From positions 2,914,001 to 2,978,000 of the forward strand of contig OY986947.1 in assembly GCA_963920595.1 (NCBI GenBank): a stretch of 64,000 nucleotides of DNA, written 5' to 3'. The notes beneath the pieces were generated by a model, which was not told the DNA's origin, did not search any database, and saw only the letters and a program-made list of their open reading frames with translations. Below are positions 41,997 to 64,000 of the stretch, one piece after another (the stretch's first letter is position 1; the number at the start of each line of letters is the position of its first letter). The DNA is from Eimeria praecox. Taxonomy: Eukaryota. The position numbers and the translations under genes were made by a program.

Positions 41997-43112
41997 ATAG
42001 ATAATAATAGTATAGATAATATAGATCCTACTAATAAAACAACAACAGCAACAACAGCAACAACAACAAGAAGAGCAAGTAGAAGTAGAACGAGTGTATA
42101 CAATCGCGTTGGTAGTGCATGTTTTACTTTCCTCTCTCCCTGTCAACACGAAGAAGTCTGTCCACTATCTCTGACGGGCAGAGATTGGTGTCACTTCTCT
42201 CAGAGATATATTAAATTAAAACCTGCGGTATTCTCGAAAACAAAAACAAACAAAAAAAAAAATATCGCAAGTGAAAAATTCTCCTTCCTTGTTATTAGAA
42301 AACATAATAATAATAATTATAATAATAATAATAATAATAATAATATTAATATTAATAATAATATTAATAATTATTATAATAATAATAATTATAGTAGTAG
42401 TAATAGTAGTGAGAGTAAAGATGGGAATTATAACGCAAGTTCTGCTAATTCAAATCAATATGATACAGCAGCAGCAGCAGCAGCAACACCAGCAGCAGCA
42501 GCAACAGCAGCAACAGCAGCAACAGCAGCAGGAGGAGGAAGAGGAGGAGGAGAAATATCATCATCATCAGGAAGAGAAGAAGAAGACGAAGACGAAGAAG
42601 AAGCAGCAGCAGCAGCAGCAGCAGCTAGAGCAGCAGCAGCATCCGAATCGTATCTATGGCCTCGTATAATATCTCCTCCTATCCGCGCACATAAACATAT
42701 TTTATTTGATGTTTGTTCTTTCCCTGGAAGATTTGAAAGAATTGCAATTACTAAATATACTTCTTCTGCTGCTGTTTATAAATCTGTAAAAAAATTAGCT
42801 TGGGGCGATCTGTACAGACACCCCAGAAGAATTATTAGACCGCAGGCGAGAGCGTATACACCGCAAAATATGCAAGATATCATAGATAAACATAAAATAC
42901 AAGTGCAGCTGCAGCAGCAGCAACAGCAACAGCAACAGCAGATACAGATGCAGCAGCAGCAACTAGTGCAGCAGCAGCAGCAGCAGCAGCAGCAGAGAGG
43001 GGTTCGACGGGGTAGAACGAATGAGGAGAAGGTGTTAGCGAATCAACGAGAAGAAATAAAACAAAATAAAGAATTGCTAGAACAAACGCTAGCTACATAC
43101 TGTGGAAGCTAG
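39693..43112 (+). CDS. RSM22: Mitochondrial small-subunit assembly factor / methyltransferase-like Rsm22 (METTL17), intronless
   Basis: Motifs RILYEVKQRYPTFKPKNIL, GGILILLEKGTPTGF, PCQHEEVCP..WCHFSQR, EKFSFLVIRK, WPRIISPP..HILFDVC, WGDL. ATG at 39693 gives an Arg/Ser-rich presequence-like N-terminus (ORF-track start 39609 is TTG). Confidence 0.9.
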
Positions 43113-43276
43113 AGAGAGAGAGATAAATATATGTTTATTATTATTTATTATCATTATTATTTATTATTATTATTTATTTATTTATTTATTTATTATTGTT
43201 GTTGTAATTATTGATATTATTAATATTGTTAGTATTATTAATGTAATTGTAAGTATAATGTGAAGCTGTAAATACA

Positions 43277-43330
<54 letters not shown>

Positions 43331-43731
43331 TATGCATATAATATATTATAAATATATTCTTGTATTTGTTTATAAAGAAGACGACTTAACCTCAGCCTTT
43401 TCTTTTTTTTTAATGAGAAGAAATTATAATTTAATTTTATTTTTATTTGTCTCTGAGGTGTATAGGCACCTTAAAGATAAGAAAAGAGGCAGTAAACTCT
43501 GTTCTTCTATTTTAAATAGTTTTATTTTAATTTATATTTTTTTATTATATTATAAAAATAAAAATAAAGATAAATAAAATACATTTAAATAAAAGAAAGA
43601 GATAAGAACAGAAGACTTCATAGCTGCATATACACCGCAAATACAGACAAACAACTAAACACAAAAAATATATTAAGTTTGATTAAATCATAAAAATATA
43701 TAATTATAAAGATAAAAACTAATAGATATAA

Positions 43732-43850
<119 letters not shown>

Positions 43851-44769
43851 CTAAATGCGTCGGTAAAACCATGAAAATTTCCGTATTTACTTTCTTTTGT
43901 TGTTTTAATTACAAGAATAAAACAAAGAAAGCAGAAAATAATTATAATAATATCAAAAAAGTGAGAGAGAGAAGAAAATACAAGGGAGGGAGAGAACGAT
44001 CCTCATCTCACATTTTCAATTTTATCATATTTATTTTATTTTGTTTGTTTTATTTTTGTTTTATTTCTTCTTTTTATCTTATTTTATTTTATATCTTTTA
44101 ATTATTGACTATACATATTCAAATCTTCCTTTCGCCTTCTTCCGTTGTGTAAACAGAAAACGGAGTGGAGTCTAAGGGGGGTGAATCCCTCTTAATATTT
44201 TATTATTTTATTTTATACAACAGACAAAATCAATTGCAAACAAAAAAGAAGAAAAAGAGATAAACATAAATAAAATTTATTTATTCTTTTAATACCAAAG
44301 GAACTCGAAGGGAGAGTTCTACTCTCTATGACCCTCGTCCCAGCTGCGGTGTACGTACACCTCAGAACTTGACTCGAATATAATCAAAAAAGAAGAAAAA
44401 AAAACCTGAAAACTGCGTGGTAGATGATAATTACTTTTACATTATAAAATTAAAAAAGATTATTTATTTTCTAAATAAGTTGTTTAGAGTGCATGCCTGA
44501 TCCTCTGCCGTCGGCTGTTCTTGTCTATATGTGTTGAAAAGAAGGAGAAAGCTACTTAAATTTTCATGATTTTGCAATTCTTCTTGAATTATTCTACTAA
44601 TAATAACATTTTATGTTTATTTTATTTCTTTTTCGCTGCATTTATTGCAGCTTTCCACCTGCTTTCAACTGTTTTAGGGTCTACTACTATTTGAGGGGGC
44701 TTCAATTGTATATTGAGAACCTCCTTCCTCCGAGAAAAATTGCTTGATTTTCTTTAAATTTTCACGAAA

Positions 44770-45283
44770 ATGTCTGTAATTCATAGAGAAGTGGCAAAAT
44801 ATTTTGCTAAATACGCCTCATCATCTCCTTTATCTCCCGCTGCTATCACCAGTATCTGTCAATACACCCCAACAGCGAAACAACCTTCTCGTCTTCGTTC
44901 TTTTCTTGAAGAAACACTCTCACCTTTTTGGTTTCGCTTCTTTAGAGGGCCGCTTGATAGATGGAATCAAGCCGCTATGGGAAAATATCTTCGTGAACAT
45001 GGTAAGAAGGTCTTTAGATATACAGATATATATTATATATATATAATATATAATACAATATATATAATACAATATATATAATAGATAATAGATAATAGAT
45101 AATAGATAATAGATAATAGATAATAGATAGTAGATAATAGACAATATATATTATATTTGTATTTATTACATTTATTTTATATATAGTATTTAATATAATA
45201 GATATTATATTTGTATTTATAGATATAGATATAGATATGCAGTACATATAATCCTTGTATAATATATATATATATATGTATAT

Positions 45284-45327
<44 letters not shown>

Positions 45328-45518
45328 ATAATATAATAGAGCTACAGCTGTATATATAGAGAGGCGTTTGTATCATTTCTCAGACTCGGTATATATTTTG
45401 ATAAGTGCAGAGAAGCACAGAAGATGTGTTTGTTTACTTTAATATAATTCTTATTTGTGTATCTATTATGGATACTGTGCATATAATATCTGTATATCTA
45501 GGCATATCTATCTATATA

Positions 45519-45585
<67 letters not shown>

Positions 45586-45669
45586 GCATTTACATGTTCT
45601 ATATTTGAACACGTTAAATTACTTAACAACACTTAGATCTACTTAAATCTACTTAAATCTAATAAAATC

Positions 45670-45750
<81 letters not shown>

Positions 45751-45910
45751 TAGGTTTAATGTACGACGACCTGTATTCTGACAAGGAGCCTGTGATCGAG
45801 AGGGCTCTCAAACTTCTTCCTGAAGATTTGGCTCGAGATAGATTTAGAAGAATCATGAGGGCAACGCATCTTAATCATATTCGAATCTATCTGCCACCAG
45901 AAGGTAAGAA

Positions 45911-45984
<74 letters not shown>

Positions 45985-45987
45985 TAT

Positions 45988-46030
<43 letters not shown>

Positions 46031-46555
46031 TAGATATAGATATAGATATAGATATAGATATAGATATAGATATAGATATAGATATAGATATAGATATAGA
46101 TATAGATATAGATATAGATATAGATATAGGTATATAGATATAGATATATAGATATAGATAGATAGATAGATAGATAGATATAGATATAGATATAGATATA
46201 GATATAGATATAGATATAGATATAGATATAGATATAGATATAGATATAGATATAGATATAGATATAGATATAGATATTCTAAACCAAACCAAACCAAGCA
46301 GAACAGAACAAACACAAGAACAGCAGCACCAAGACATAACACCTCAACAACATCTATATCTAATTACCTTTCTCTCCCTGTCTTTATCTAAATATCTTTC
46401 TCCCTCTGCGTATATCTAAATATCTTTCTCTCTATATCTATCTGTCTGTCTCTGCCTCTGTCTTTATCTCTCTCTCTATCTGTCTATCTCTATCTGTCTA
46501 TCTCTATCTGTCTCTCTCTATCTGTCTATCTCTATCTGTCTCTCTCTCTCTCTCC

Positions 46556-46647
<92 letters not shown>

Positions 46648-46670
46648 GTATCTATCTATCTATCTATCTC

Positions 46671-46709
<39 letters not shown>

Positions 46710-46742
46710 GTCTATCTATCTATCTATCTCTCTATCTGTCTC

Positions 46743-46777
<35 letters not shown>

Positions 46778-47461
46778 GTCTATCTCTCTCTCTCTGTCTC
46801 TGTCTGTATTTATTAAGATCAAGACTACGATCCTTTCATTCCGTATTTGGCTCCATTCGTAGAAGAAGCGAAGTTTCAACTTCAAGAAGAAGAAGAACTT
46901 CTTGGTTTTCATATGTGGGAACAAAGATTATACTCAGGTCAAATATTAAACAAATAAAAAAATAAATAATAAAGAGGGAGAGGAGGGAGAGGGGGAGGAG
47001 GGTGGTTGTGGTGGTGGTGCTGCTGCTGCTGTTGCTGCTGTTGGTGGTGGTGCTGCTGTTGCTGCTGCTGTTGGTGGTGGTGCTGCTGCTGTTGGTGGTG
47101 GTGCTGCTGCTGCTGTTGCTGCTGCTGTTGCTGCTGCTGTTGCTGCTGCTGTTTATTTTTCGTGTCCTCTTGATGATTTCTTTTAGTTTTATTCTTCTAC
47201 TTTGTTTTTGTTGTTTTTTGTTTTGTTTGTTTTTTATTTTGAAGAATCTAATTATATTTTATTGTTTAGATTTATTGTATGTATGTTAATAAATAAATAA
47301 ATAAATAAATAAATTATATTTAGTTTTTGTTTTGCTGTGGATGTTTATTATTTATTTATTTATTTATCATTTAAATAGTAAATTTATTAATTTATTAGTT
47401 TATTAATTTATTGATTAATTACTTAATTATTTACTTAACTAAATCTAATTAATTGATTAAA

Positions 47462-47517
<56 letters not shown>

Positions 47518-47538
47518 ATATATATATATTATATATAT

Positions 47539-47576
<38 letters not shown>

Positions 47577-47601
47577 TAATATATATATATATTATATATA
47601 T

Positions 47602-47642
<41 letters not shown>

Positions 47643-47794
47643 GTCTGTCTTCAGGTGGTTGTACGGGTTTTGGTGATAAGGAGCCAGGCTCACACTTTCT
47701 CGTATCTTTTCCGAACATGTATGGCGGGGGCAGCGGGCCTTATAGGAATAAAGCGAGCTATTCTTCTTTCTCTTCTTCTTATAGATTAAAATAA
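44770..47794 (+). CDS. QCR7: Cytochrome bc1 complex subunit 7 (QCR7/UQCRB), 213 aa, 4 exons
   Basis: Exons 44770-45001, 45754-45903, 46818-46937, 47655-47794 (642 nt, in frame). Motif [46 protein letters not shown]. Confidence 0.92.
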
Positions 47795-47866
47795 ATAATT
47801 ATGGAGGGAGGGAGAACACGGCTTCATACGCTGCAGGAGGAGCTATAGAATGTACAGATCAATATA

Positions 47867-47920
<54 letters not shown>

Positions 47921-48418
47921 GAGAGAGAGAGAGATTATATGTATTATATATAATATTATTCGTTAATTTATTTAAAAATTAAATCTTAGGAAAGGAGAAA
48001 TTCAAAAAAAAATAGAGAAAGAAATGATGTAGAAATGGGGGATGAGCTTCGCTCTTTATCTTCTTCTCTGATAACTAAAATAAAATTAAATTAAATTAAA
48101 ATTACATTGAAAGAAAGAGAGAAGAAAAATAAACAGAAAAAGAAGTAAAAGTAAAATAAATAAAAAGACAGAAAATAAAAGAAAAAGAAAAATTGAATCA
48201 AATTAGAACAAGGATAATTTAAAATTAAATTAAAATTAAATAAAATTAAATTAAATTAAATTAAATTAAAAAATTAAATTAAATTAAACTAAATTAAATT
48301 AAATTAAATTAAATTAGAGTTAGGGGAAATACGCAAACATTTTTTCTTTTTTTTTCTTAAACTTCAAACTTTGAAAATTTCTCAGAAAACAACAAAACGC
48401 ATCTTACTCTCTTATTTT

Positions 48419-48454
<36 letters not shown>

Positions 48455-48950
48455 ATTTATTTTGTTTATCTTTCGTTTTCTTTCTTTTTTCTTTCTTTTT
48501 CTTCATTTTCTTTCTTCTCATTTTTCGGTACTTTTTTGTTTTTCTTTCTTTCTTTCTTTCTTCTTCTTTCTTTTTTCTTTCTTTCCTCTTTTCTTCTGTT
48601 TTCACTTTTTCTTTGTTTTTTTTATTCATATTTTGTCTTTGCTTTTTTTTATTTAGCAAACGAATCTTCAGCGTTGAAGTCGATCCATAAGATAATTAAA
48701 TAGTTAAATTAAATAAGTAAATAAGTAAATAGGTAAATTGCTATTAAATAGTTAAGTAATCAAATAATCAAATAATTAAATAATTAAATATTATGTATGT
48801 ATATATATATATATATATATACATATGTATAAAGATAGAAGGAGAAAGGGAAGGAAGAGAAGAAATAAATAACAATTTTGAAAGATTGTTTATTTTATAT
48901 CTTTCATTAAAAGATATAAAATAAACAATCTTTCAGAATTCTCAGGTTAA

Positions 48951-49048
<98 letters not shown>

Positions 49049-50030
49049 ATATATTAGATATACCAATTCTAATAATACTATTATTATTAATATATCTAAT
49101 AATATTAGATATATTAGATATATTAATCATAATAATACTATTATTAATATATTTAATAGTACTAGGTATATTAGATACATTAATAATAATAATTATTATA
49201 TATTATCATTAATCTATCTAATAATAGTAGATATATTAGATATATATTAATAAAACCATTATTATTATTATTATTATTATTATATCTAATACTATTAGCA
49301 GTATGCGGAGTTAAGAATTCTATTTTATGTAAAACAAGAAAAAACCTGGAAACAAAAAAAAGCTGAGCTGAGTTGTACACGACAATAAAAAGAGAAAGAC
49401 AGAAAGAAAAGAAATAAAAAAAAGAAAGAAGAAAGAAGAAAGAAGAAGAAAGAGGAAGAAAGAGAACAAAGAAAGAAGAAAGAAAGAAAAGAAAGAAGAG
49501 AGAAAGAAAAAAAGAAAAGAAAGAAAAAAAAAGAAGAGAGAAGAAGAAAGAAAAAGAAAGAAAATAAATAAAAGAGAGAAAGAAGAAAGAAGAAGAAAGA
49601 AGAAGAATAAGAAAATAAATAAAAGAGAGAAAGAAAAAGAAAGAAGAAAGAAAAAGAAAGAAGAAAGAAGAAGAAAGAAGAAGAAAGAAGAAGAAAAGAA
49701 AGAAGAAAGAATAAAAAGACTAAGGAAGAACTTCTTAAGAATTTAATTTATTGTTTTTAATTTATTTTATTTTTCTTTCTTTTTTATTTTTTTTATTTAC
49801 AAAAAAGAAAGAAAAAGAAAAAAAATATATTGCTAGGAATTTATGCTGCTATTTGAGGTGTATAGGCACATACAAATCAAGAAAAGAAGAAGAGTAAGAA
49901 TTATATAGTTTATATCTTATTTTATATTTTATTTTATATTTTATATTTTATATTTTATTTTATATTTTATTTTATATATTTTCTCTCTCTTTTCTTATAT
50001 TCGTTATTTCTTTTGTTTCTCTGTCATATT

Positions 50031-52010
<1,980 letters not shown>

Positions 52011-53597
52011 TCGAGGTGTATGGACAGCAAGAAAGTGTGAAAACAAAGAAAATAGAATGTTGGTTTTAAAAGAAAGAAGGCTTTCATACAAATGATGAAA
52101 CTGCTACTGCTACTGCTGCTGCTGCTGCTGCTGCTGCTGATACTGTTGCTGCTGCTAGTGTTGTTGTTCTTGTTGCTGATGCTGCTGTTGATGCTGTTGT
52201 TGTTGCTGTTTCTGGTGGTAGTTGTGTTGGGGGGTCTGTTGCTGTTTCTGTTGTCTTCTGTCTGTTTTCTTGTCTTGTTGTTTTATTTTGTTGATAGATA
52301 GAAGAAGTAGTAAACAGCTTATAAATCAACAGCATTCAACATTTATAATCAAATAACAAACAGAAAAGAATATAAATAAAACCGAGAATCTGTGTTTGTG
52401 AAGAAGAAAGGAAAGAAAGAAATGCTTCTAAGATGCGTGTGGTGTATAGACAACTAGAAATCAACAGAAGATATTGTGTGTGTTGTTGTGATTAACAAAT
52501 ACTAACAGATAAATATGCAGCATCAATTCTATCCAAATTCTTCTTCTTTCTTGTTGTATAGAATCAAACAACACTGCGTAGTCCTTAAGATATGAAGCTA
52601 TATAATGTTATACAAGAGTCTGTCGCAACAGAGATGAAAAAGAAGAAAGTAATAAGAAAGCTTCGAATTAAAGTATGAATATTCAGATAAAGAAGAACCA
52701 AATACTGCAAATCAAGATAGTATTCTGTTTGTTTTTTTTTAGATTTGTATACGATAAGAAAAACACGAAAAAAACAACTCCGCCTATCTTAGAAGAGGAA
52801 AGATTAAATTCAAAGATGGTAGAGTAATCAGAAAGCTGCAAATAAATAAAATCTGCAAAGTTTTATTCGAAATACTTAAATTTAAAATTAGAACTGAAGA
52901 TTCTGATAGGACAATGAAAAGCTTAACTTGTTGTTTTTTCAGGTGTACACGCACCTGAGGAGGGCCCGCCGCCGAAATTATATAAGTTTTCCTGAAAGTG
53001 TCTAGCGATTAGTTCATGAAAAACTTCATAAATAGTTTATAAATTGTATTTAATATTCAATTATTCAAAGAAAAAAAAATTAAAAACAAAAGAAAATGAT
53101 ATATCAAGCCCTGTAGTCTGATGCGCCCGTCGAGCCACATAAGAAGCATCAGCCGTTCAACACGAATATTTAGAGGATTCTCGAATAAAACATGAAAATA
53201 AATATAATTTATTATAATATACGAATTAATAATACCATTAATATGTCAATACATCCAAACATTTAACTCTAAACAACTTAATCGCCCTCACAATTTAATT
53301 TAAATAATATACAAATGTATGAATGGAGGGTTAGATCATCAAGCTTCCTTTGGAGCTTGACAACCTTAGATTTTCTAAGTGTATGTACACCTGAAGTTGA
53401 AAATAATATATTATATCTTCTTTTATATCTTTTTCTCTACCAAATAGAATATGATGCTACTGCAAGACCAAAGAGAGTTTATTATCTTCTCTATCATCTT
53501 CTCACAAGACAAATTCATCGAAAAGAAATAAAATGAAGAAAAACATTAATTACAAAATCGTATAATACAAAGTTAGACTTCGTTCAGTTGTTGCTGT

Positions 53598-53635
<38 letters not shown>

Positions 53636-53912
53636 TTGCTGCTTGCGCTCCTTTTCCTGCTGCTGCTGCTGCTGTTGCTGCTGTTGTTGCTGCTGTTGCT
53701 GTTGTTCTTGTTATTCTTTTTTCGTTTGTCTTCGTTATATTGTTGCTGCTGCTACTGTGAGATATCTTCTCTCTCCCTCTCTAATTATCTGTTGTTTTGT
53801 AGAAGAGGAACTAATTCAACTTGTTTTGTTTTTCTTTGTTTTGTTTGTAGTTATTTATAAACATTTTCTCTTCTTTCTTTTCTAACAAATCTACATACCT
53901 GTATATCTATGT

Positions 53913-54056
<144 letters not shown>

Positions 54057-54182
54057 TTCCCTCTAAGTAGCTATACAACACTAAATAAAGAATATATATG
54101 AAATATTTATCTTTTCCTCACTCAAAAACTTTGAACGTACAAACTAATTCTAACTTCTCTGCTGTTTCTTTAAGGCTTGTAA

Positions 54183-54237
<55 letters not shown>

Positions 54238-54480
54238 GCAGAGGAGGTAGGAGTAGCAGCAATAGTAATAGGAGTAAGTCTGGAGGAGAGTAGAAGGTTT
54301 TCTTGTTTGTCTTTTGTTGTAGTAGATCAGCTGCACTATCTGCTGCTGCTGCAGCAACAGCAGCAGCAACAGCAGCAGCTCCTGCTGTTGCTGCTGCACC
54401 TACGATTTGTAGGATTTCGTTGCTTTCTAGGGATAATTATTGTATGAAAAGTGAGAAGGAGAAGAAAGAATAACACTTAC

Positions 54481-54523
<43 letters not shown>

Positions 54524-54678
54524 GCTACTGTTGCTGCTGCTGCTGCTGCTGAGGGCATACAAGTGAAGAGAAGTTAAGACAAGTACAACTCATGCGAAAG
54601 AAACAAAGGAAGGAGAGAGAGGGAGCTTAAAGATGTGCTTGTTTAAAGACATTGCCTCTATCTATCTATCTATCTATC

Positions 54679-54752
54679 TAGCTAGCTAGCTATCTAGCTA
54701 GCTAGCTATCTAATTCGATAAGGAAACAACTAGCTAGCTAGCTAGCTAGGTA
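54679..54752. repeat. (TAGC)n tetranucleotide tracts grading from (TATC)n
   Basis: Direct reading. Confidence 0.8.
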
Positions 54753-55383
54753 GATAGTTAGTTAGTTAGTCTAAGAGGTTGAGCTTGTTAGATGTGAAGA
54801 AGAAATTACGATACGAGTTTATAAATATATTTCATCTTTTGTTTTCTACTTCATCAAATTTTGTTGTATTTAGATTAAATATTTTCTTAATATTTATTTA
54901 ATAAACAGAAAGAAAGAAGATAATGTTTTTTCTTTTCTTTGGAATTTCTCCTCTCTTCAACTAAAATATACTTTCTTCTTCTCTGCATAAGAATAAAGCC
55001 ATATCTTGTTGTCTTTTTTCGAATAGATATTGTTAACTTGTGTTCTGTATAAAGATATAGCGTTCTTCTTTGTATTCTCTTCCACTACAACAAATTCATT
55101 GCTCTCCACTGTACATACACTTCAAGGAATAGACAAAATTAAAAAGGCTGAAGAAACGGAAATACTTGATTAATTATCTTCTGTTTCCCCTGAATTCGGA
55201 ACTCTGCTACTACAACCTGATGACGAAATCATCTTCGAATACGTCAGCACTCAAATTTAGGTGGGGATGAGGAAAAGAATTGATTTAATTCGAAATGTAT
55301 TTAAAATAAAATCAAATATTGTTTAATTTCAACATATTGTGGTGCCTGCATTGAACGATCCAACAGCGAAGGTTGCAGGATCG

Positions 55384-55403
55384 TGAGGTGTATGTACACC
55401 TCA
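55384..55403. promoter_or_regulatory. Palindrome TGAGGTGTATGTACACCTCA ~460 bp upstream of UBC1
   Basis: Same motif as 39509-39528, inverted. The regulatory role is inferred only. Confidence 0.45.
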
Positions 55404-55863
55404 GCGCGCCGTTGTTGTGCTTCTAGCTTTCCTTTATGATTAGACCATTAGGGTCGTATATAATAATATTTTATATATTTTGAATGATATTTTATGAATT
55501 AAATAGATTTTTTTATATACGAATGCCAACAGAAGAGGCAAAGCCCCATGAATGAGTTGCAGATAAACCCTTTCGTGTTTGTTCATGTTTGAAGGGTGAG
55601 AGATGTTTGAGCATTCTTTGTGTAGATATGTTTGATTTTTATGTATTAAAAGCATTATTATTTTACTTTTTTGTTTATTTTGGATTAATTTTATAAACTA
55701 TAACGAAGGCTAGACACGCCAACCCCCGCGACTCTTTATTTTAGTGTATTGATTCTTTCGTTTAAGAGAGGAAAGCAACAGATTGCCTGAGGCAAAGAAA
55801 ACAGACGAACGTTCTTTATTAACAGAATTATTAATTGAAATAAAACAAAAAATATATTAAACA

Positions 55864-61035
<5,172 letters not shown>

Positions 61036-61253
61036 GCAGAGAGAGAGGAAAGAAGTTTATTCAGATAAATTATTATAATTATAATTATTATAATTATAAT
61101 TATAATTATGATTATAATTATAATTATAATTAATAATTATAATTATAATTATAATTAATAATTATAATTATACGCTCAGAAGCACGAAACAGCAGCAACA
61201 ACAACAGCAGCAGAAGCAGCAGCAGCCGAAGCAGCAGCAGCAGAAGCTGCAAC

Positions 61254-61290
<37 letters not shown>

Positions 61291-61294
61291 CAGC

Positions 61295-61333
<39 letters not shown>

Positions 61334-61601
61334 AGCCGTAGGATTCATGCTTGTGTGTTTATGGTGTTTGATAGACTTCTCTTCTTTTTTCTTCTTTTGT
61401 TTGTTTTCTTAATTTACAATTAGTTGTATTTGTTATATAAAATATAAAATTTATATCTTTTGTTGAGCTGCCTATACACCTCAAGGTGTACGGACTCCTC
61501 ATATTTCTCTCTCTACCAAATTTTTGTAGTTTTCTACTCTTGGCAAATTTAGATTATAATAAAAAATTATAATCTAATTAATATATAATTAAATTAATTT
61601 A

Positions 61602-61708
<107 letters not shown>

Positions 61709-62299
61709 TACATATATATATATATATGTACATGTATATAATAGAAACAGTAAAAGTAATTGTTAATAGAACGATTAGATAAAGAAGAAAGACAGACGAA
61801 ATAATAAAAAATAAATAAAAACAAATAATAAAGATACAGACAAAACAAAGAAAAAACTAAAAATAATAATAAATACAAACAAATAAATAAACAAATAAAC
61901 AAATAATAGCAAAATATAAAAAAATAAAAATAAAGAAAAACAAAGAAAAGACATAAATAAACATACAACAATAATAAAGATAGATAAACAAACAAACAAA
62001 ATAAAAAAAAACAGAAAAACAAATAAACTCGTTTAGTACAACTTATTTATTTATTTATTTTTTATTCTATTTATTATTTATCATTAACTATTATTTATTA
62101 TTTGCTATTTATTTATTTATTTATTTTTTATTTATTTTCTATTTTTAAATTTTATCTGTTTTTTATTATATATTACTATTTATATTTATTTTTTTATTTG
62201 TGGGGGGCTGAAACTCATATCTGTAAATAACTAAATAGTAATAAATAAATAGTAAATAATAAGTAATAAAAAATTATAAATATTTTTTTAATTATATAT

Positions 62300-62331
<32 letters not shown>

Positions 62332-62814
62332 GTAAATAATAAATAATAAATAATAAATAATAAATAATACAAGATAGTAAATAATAAATAGTAAACAATA
62401 AATATTTATTTATTTATTTATAAATAAATAAATGAATAAATAAATAAATAAAAATACTACTATTAAATAGTAATAAATAATAAATAGTAAATAATAAAAA
62501 ATAATAAATAATAGTAGTAAGTATTGATTAAGAATAATTAATAATAAATTATTTATACTAAATAATAATAAATCGTAATAAATTATAATAATAAATATAA
62601 AGTAAGAATAAATATTTATTATTATTAATTTTCTAATAAATAATAATAATAAATAATTATTTATTACTTTTATTAGAAAAATAAGTAATAATAAAATATT
62701 AATAATAATAGTAGAAGACGTTCATAAGAATGTTTGCTTTGTTAGTATTAATATAAAAAGACAAACACCCTTATAAACAAAAAATTAATTAATACTATAC
62801 AAACAAACTAATAT

Positions 62815-63183
62815 ATATATCTATATATCTATATATGTATCTATATCTATATCTATATCTATATATCTATATCTATATCTATATCTATATCTATATATCT
62901 ATATAGATATATCTATATCTATATATCTATATCTATATCTATATCTATATCTATATCTATATCTATATCTATATATCTATATCTATATCTATATATCTAT
63001 ATCTATATCTATATATCTATATCTATATCTATATCTATATCTATATCTATATCTATATCTATATCTATATCTATATCTATATCTATATCTATATATCTAT
63101 ATCTATATCTATATCTATATCTATATCTATATCTATATCTACATCTATATCTATATCTATATCTATATCTATATCTATATCTA

Positions 63184-63190
<7 letters not shown>
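62815..63190. repeat. (TATATC)n hexamer satellite
   Basis: Direct reading; similar arrays at ~14331-14460, ~31380-31560 and ~46030-46275. Confidence 0.95.
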
Positions 63191-63266
<76 letters not shown>

Positions 63267-63564
63267 GTATATATATGTATGTATATATATATATAGTAGC
63301 TACTACTGTACTAAATAATATATTAAAACAAAAACAACATAAATAAATAAATATTGTTTGTCTAAATAAGGATGAGAGAGACAAGAAGAAGAAATAAAAG
63401 AAAGATAAATAAAACAAAAAGAATTAAGAAAACGACAAATAAGTTTGTTTGTTTTTTTGTATTTTAAAATAAAAAAATAAAAAAAAATTAAAATAAAATA
63501 AAATAAAAGAAAGAAAGAAGACAAACAAACAAACACAACCGAGCAGCAGCATGTTTGTTTGTTA

Positions 63565-63648
<84 letters not shown>

Positions 63649-63659
63649 TTTTTAATACC

Positions 63660-63690
63660 ATTATTATTATCATTATTATTACGATTATTA

Positions 63691-63754
<64 letters not shown>

Positions 63755-63763
63755 TACTATTAC

Positions 63764-63799
<36 letters not shown>

Positions 63800-63818
63800 T
63801 ATTATTATTATTATTACA

Positions 63819-63851
<33 letters not shown>

Positions 63852-63877
63852 GTTATTATTATTATTATTATTATTAT
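63660..63877. repeat. (ATT)n microsatellite
   Basis: Direct reading. Confidence 0.95.
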
Positions 63878-64000
63878 ATTTTCATTGGGTAGAATTAACT
63901 GCAAAGGAGCGAGGAGAGAGAGAAAGAGTTCGAGTGTTTGTTGTTTTTATATTTTTATTTATATTTTTATTTATATTTTTATTTTTATTTAAATAATTAA

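Overview
Eukaryotic (apicomplexan, coccidian) chromosomal DNA. Dense (CAG/CTG)n tracts, interstitial (TTTAGGG)n arrays and AT-rich microsatellite-filled GT-AG introns point to an Eimeria-type repeat-rich segment; the species cannot be determined from the sequence. Ten protein-coding genes can be reconstructed by hand: a secreted TSP1/TSR-domain protein (+), an ApiAP2 factor with an N-terminal ACDC-like region and tandem AP2 domains (-), crooked-neck/CLF1 (14 exons, -), apicoplast phosphate translocator APT1 (-), a helical-repeat RAP-domain protein (-), TIM10 (-), RSM22/METTL17 (+), QCR7 (+), a low-complexity hypothetical protein (-) and UBC1/UBE2K (9 exons, +). Most ORFs in the track are artefacts of simple repeats. 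The most unusual signals are: (1) degenerate 'echo' copies of exon/splice-site junctions inside introns of four genes, some with AG..GT microexon borders and synonymous-looking changes; (2) a dispersed ~20-bp palindrome, TGAGGTGTA-NN-TACACCTCA, recurring throughout the window, including in coding exons; (3) TIM10 ending only 59 nt before the RAP gene start within a run of four adjacent mitochondrial genes; (4) telomeric repeats fused to splice donors and arranged as inverted pairs in two introns. All gene models and family calls come from manual reading and motif recognition, not database searches.
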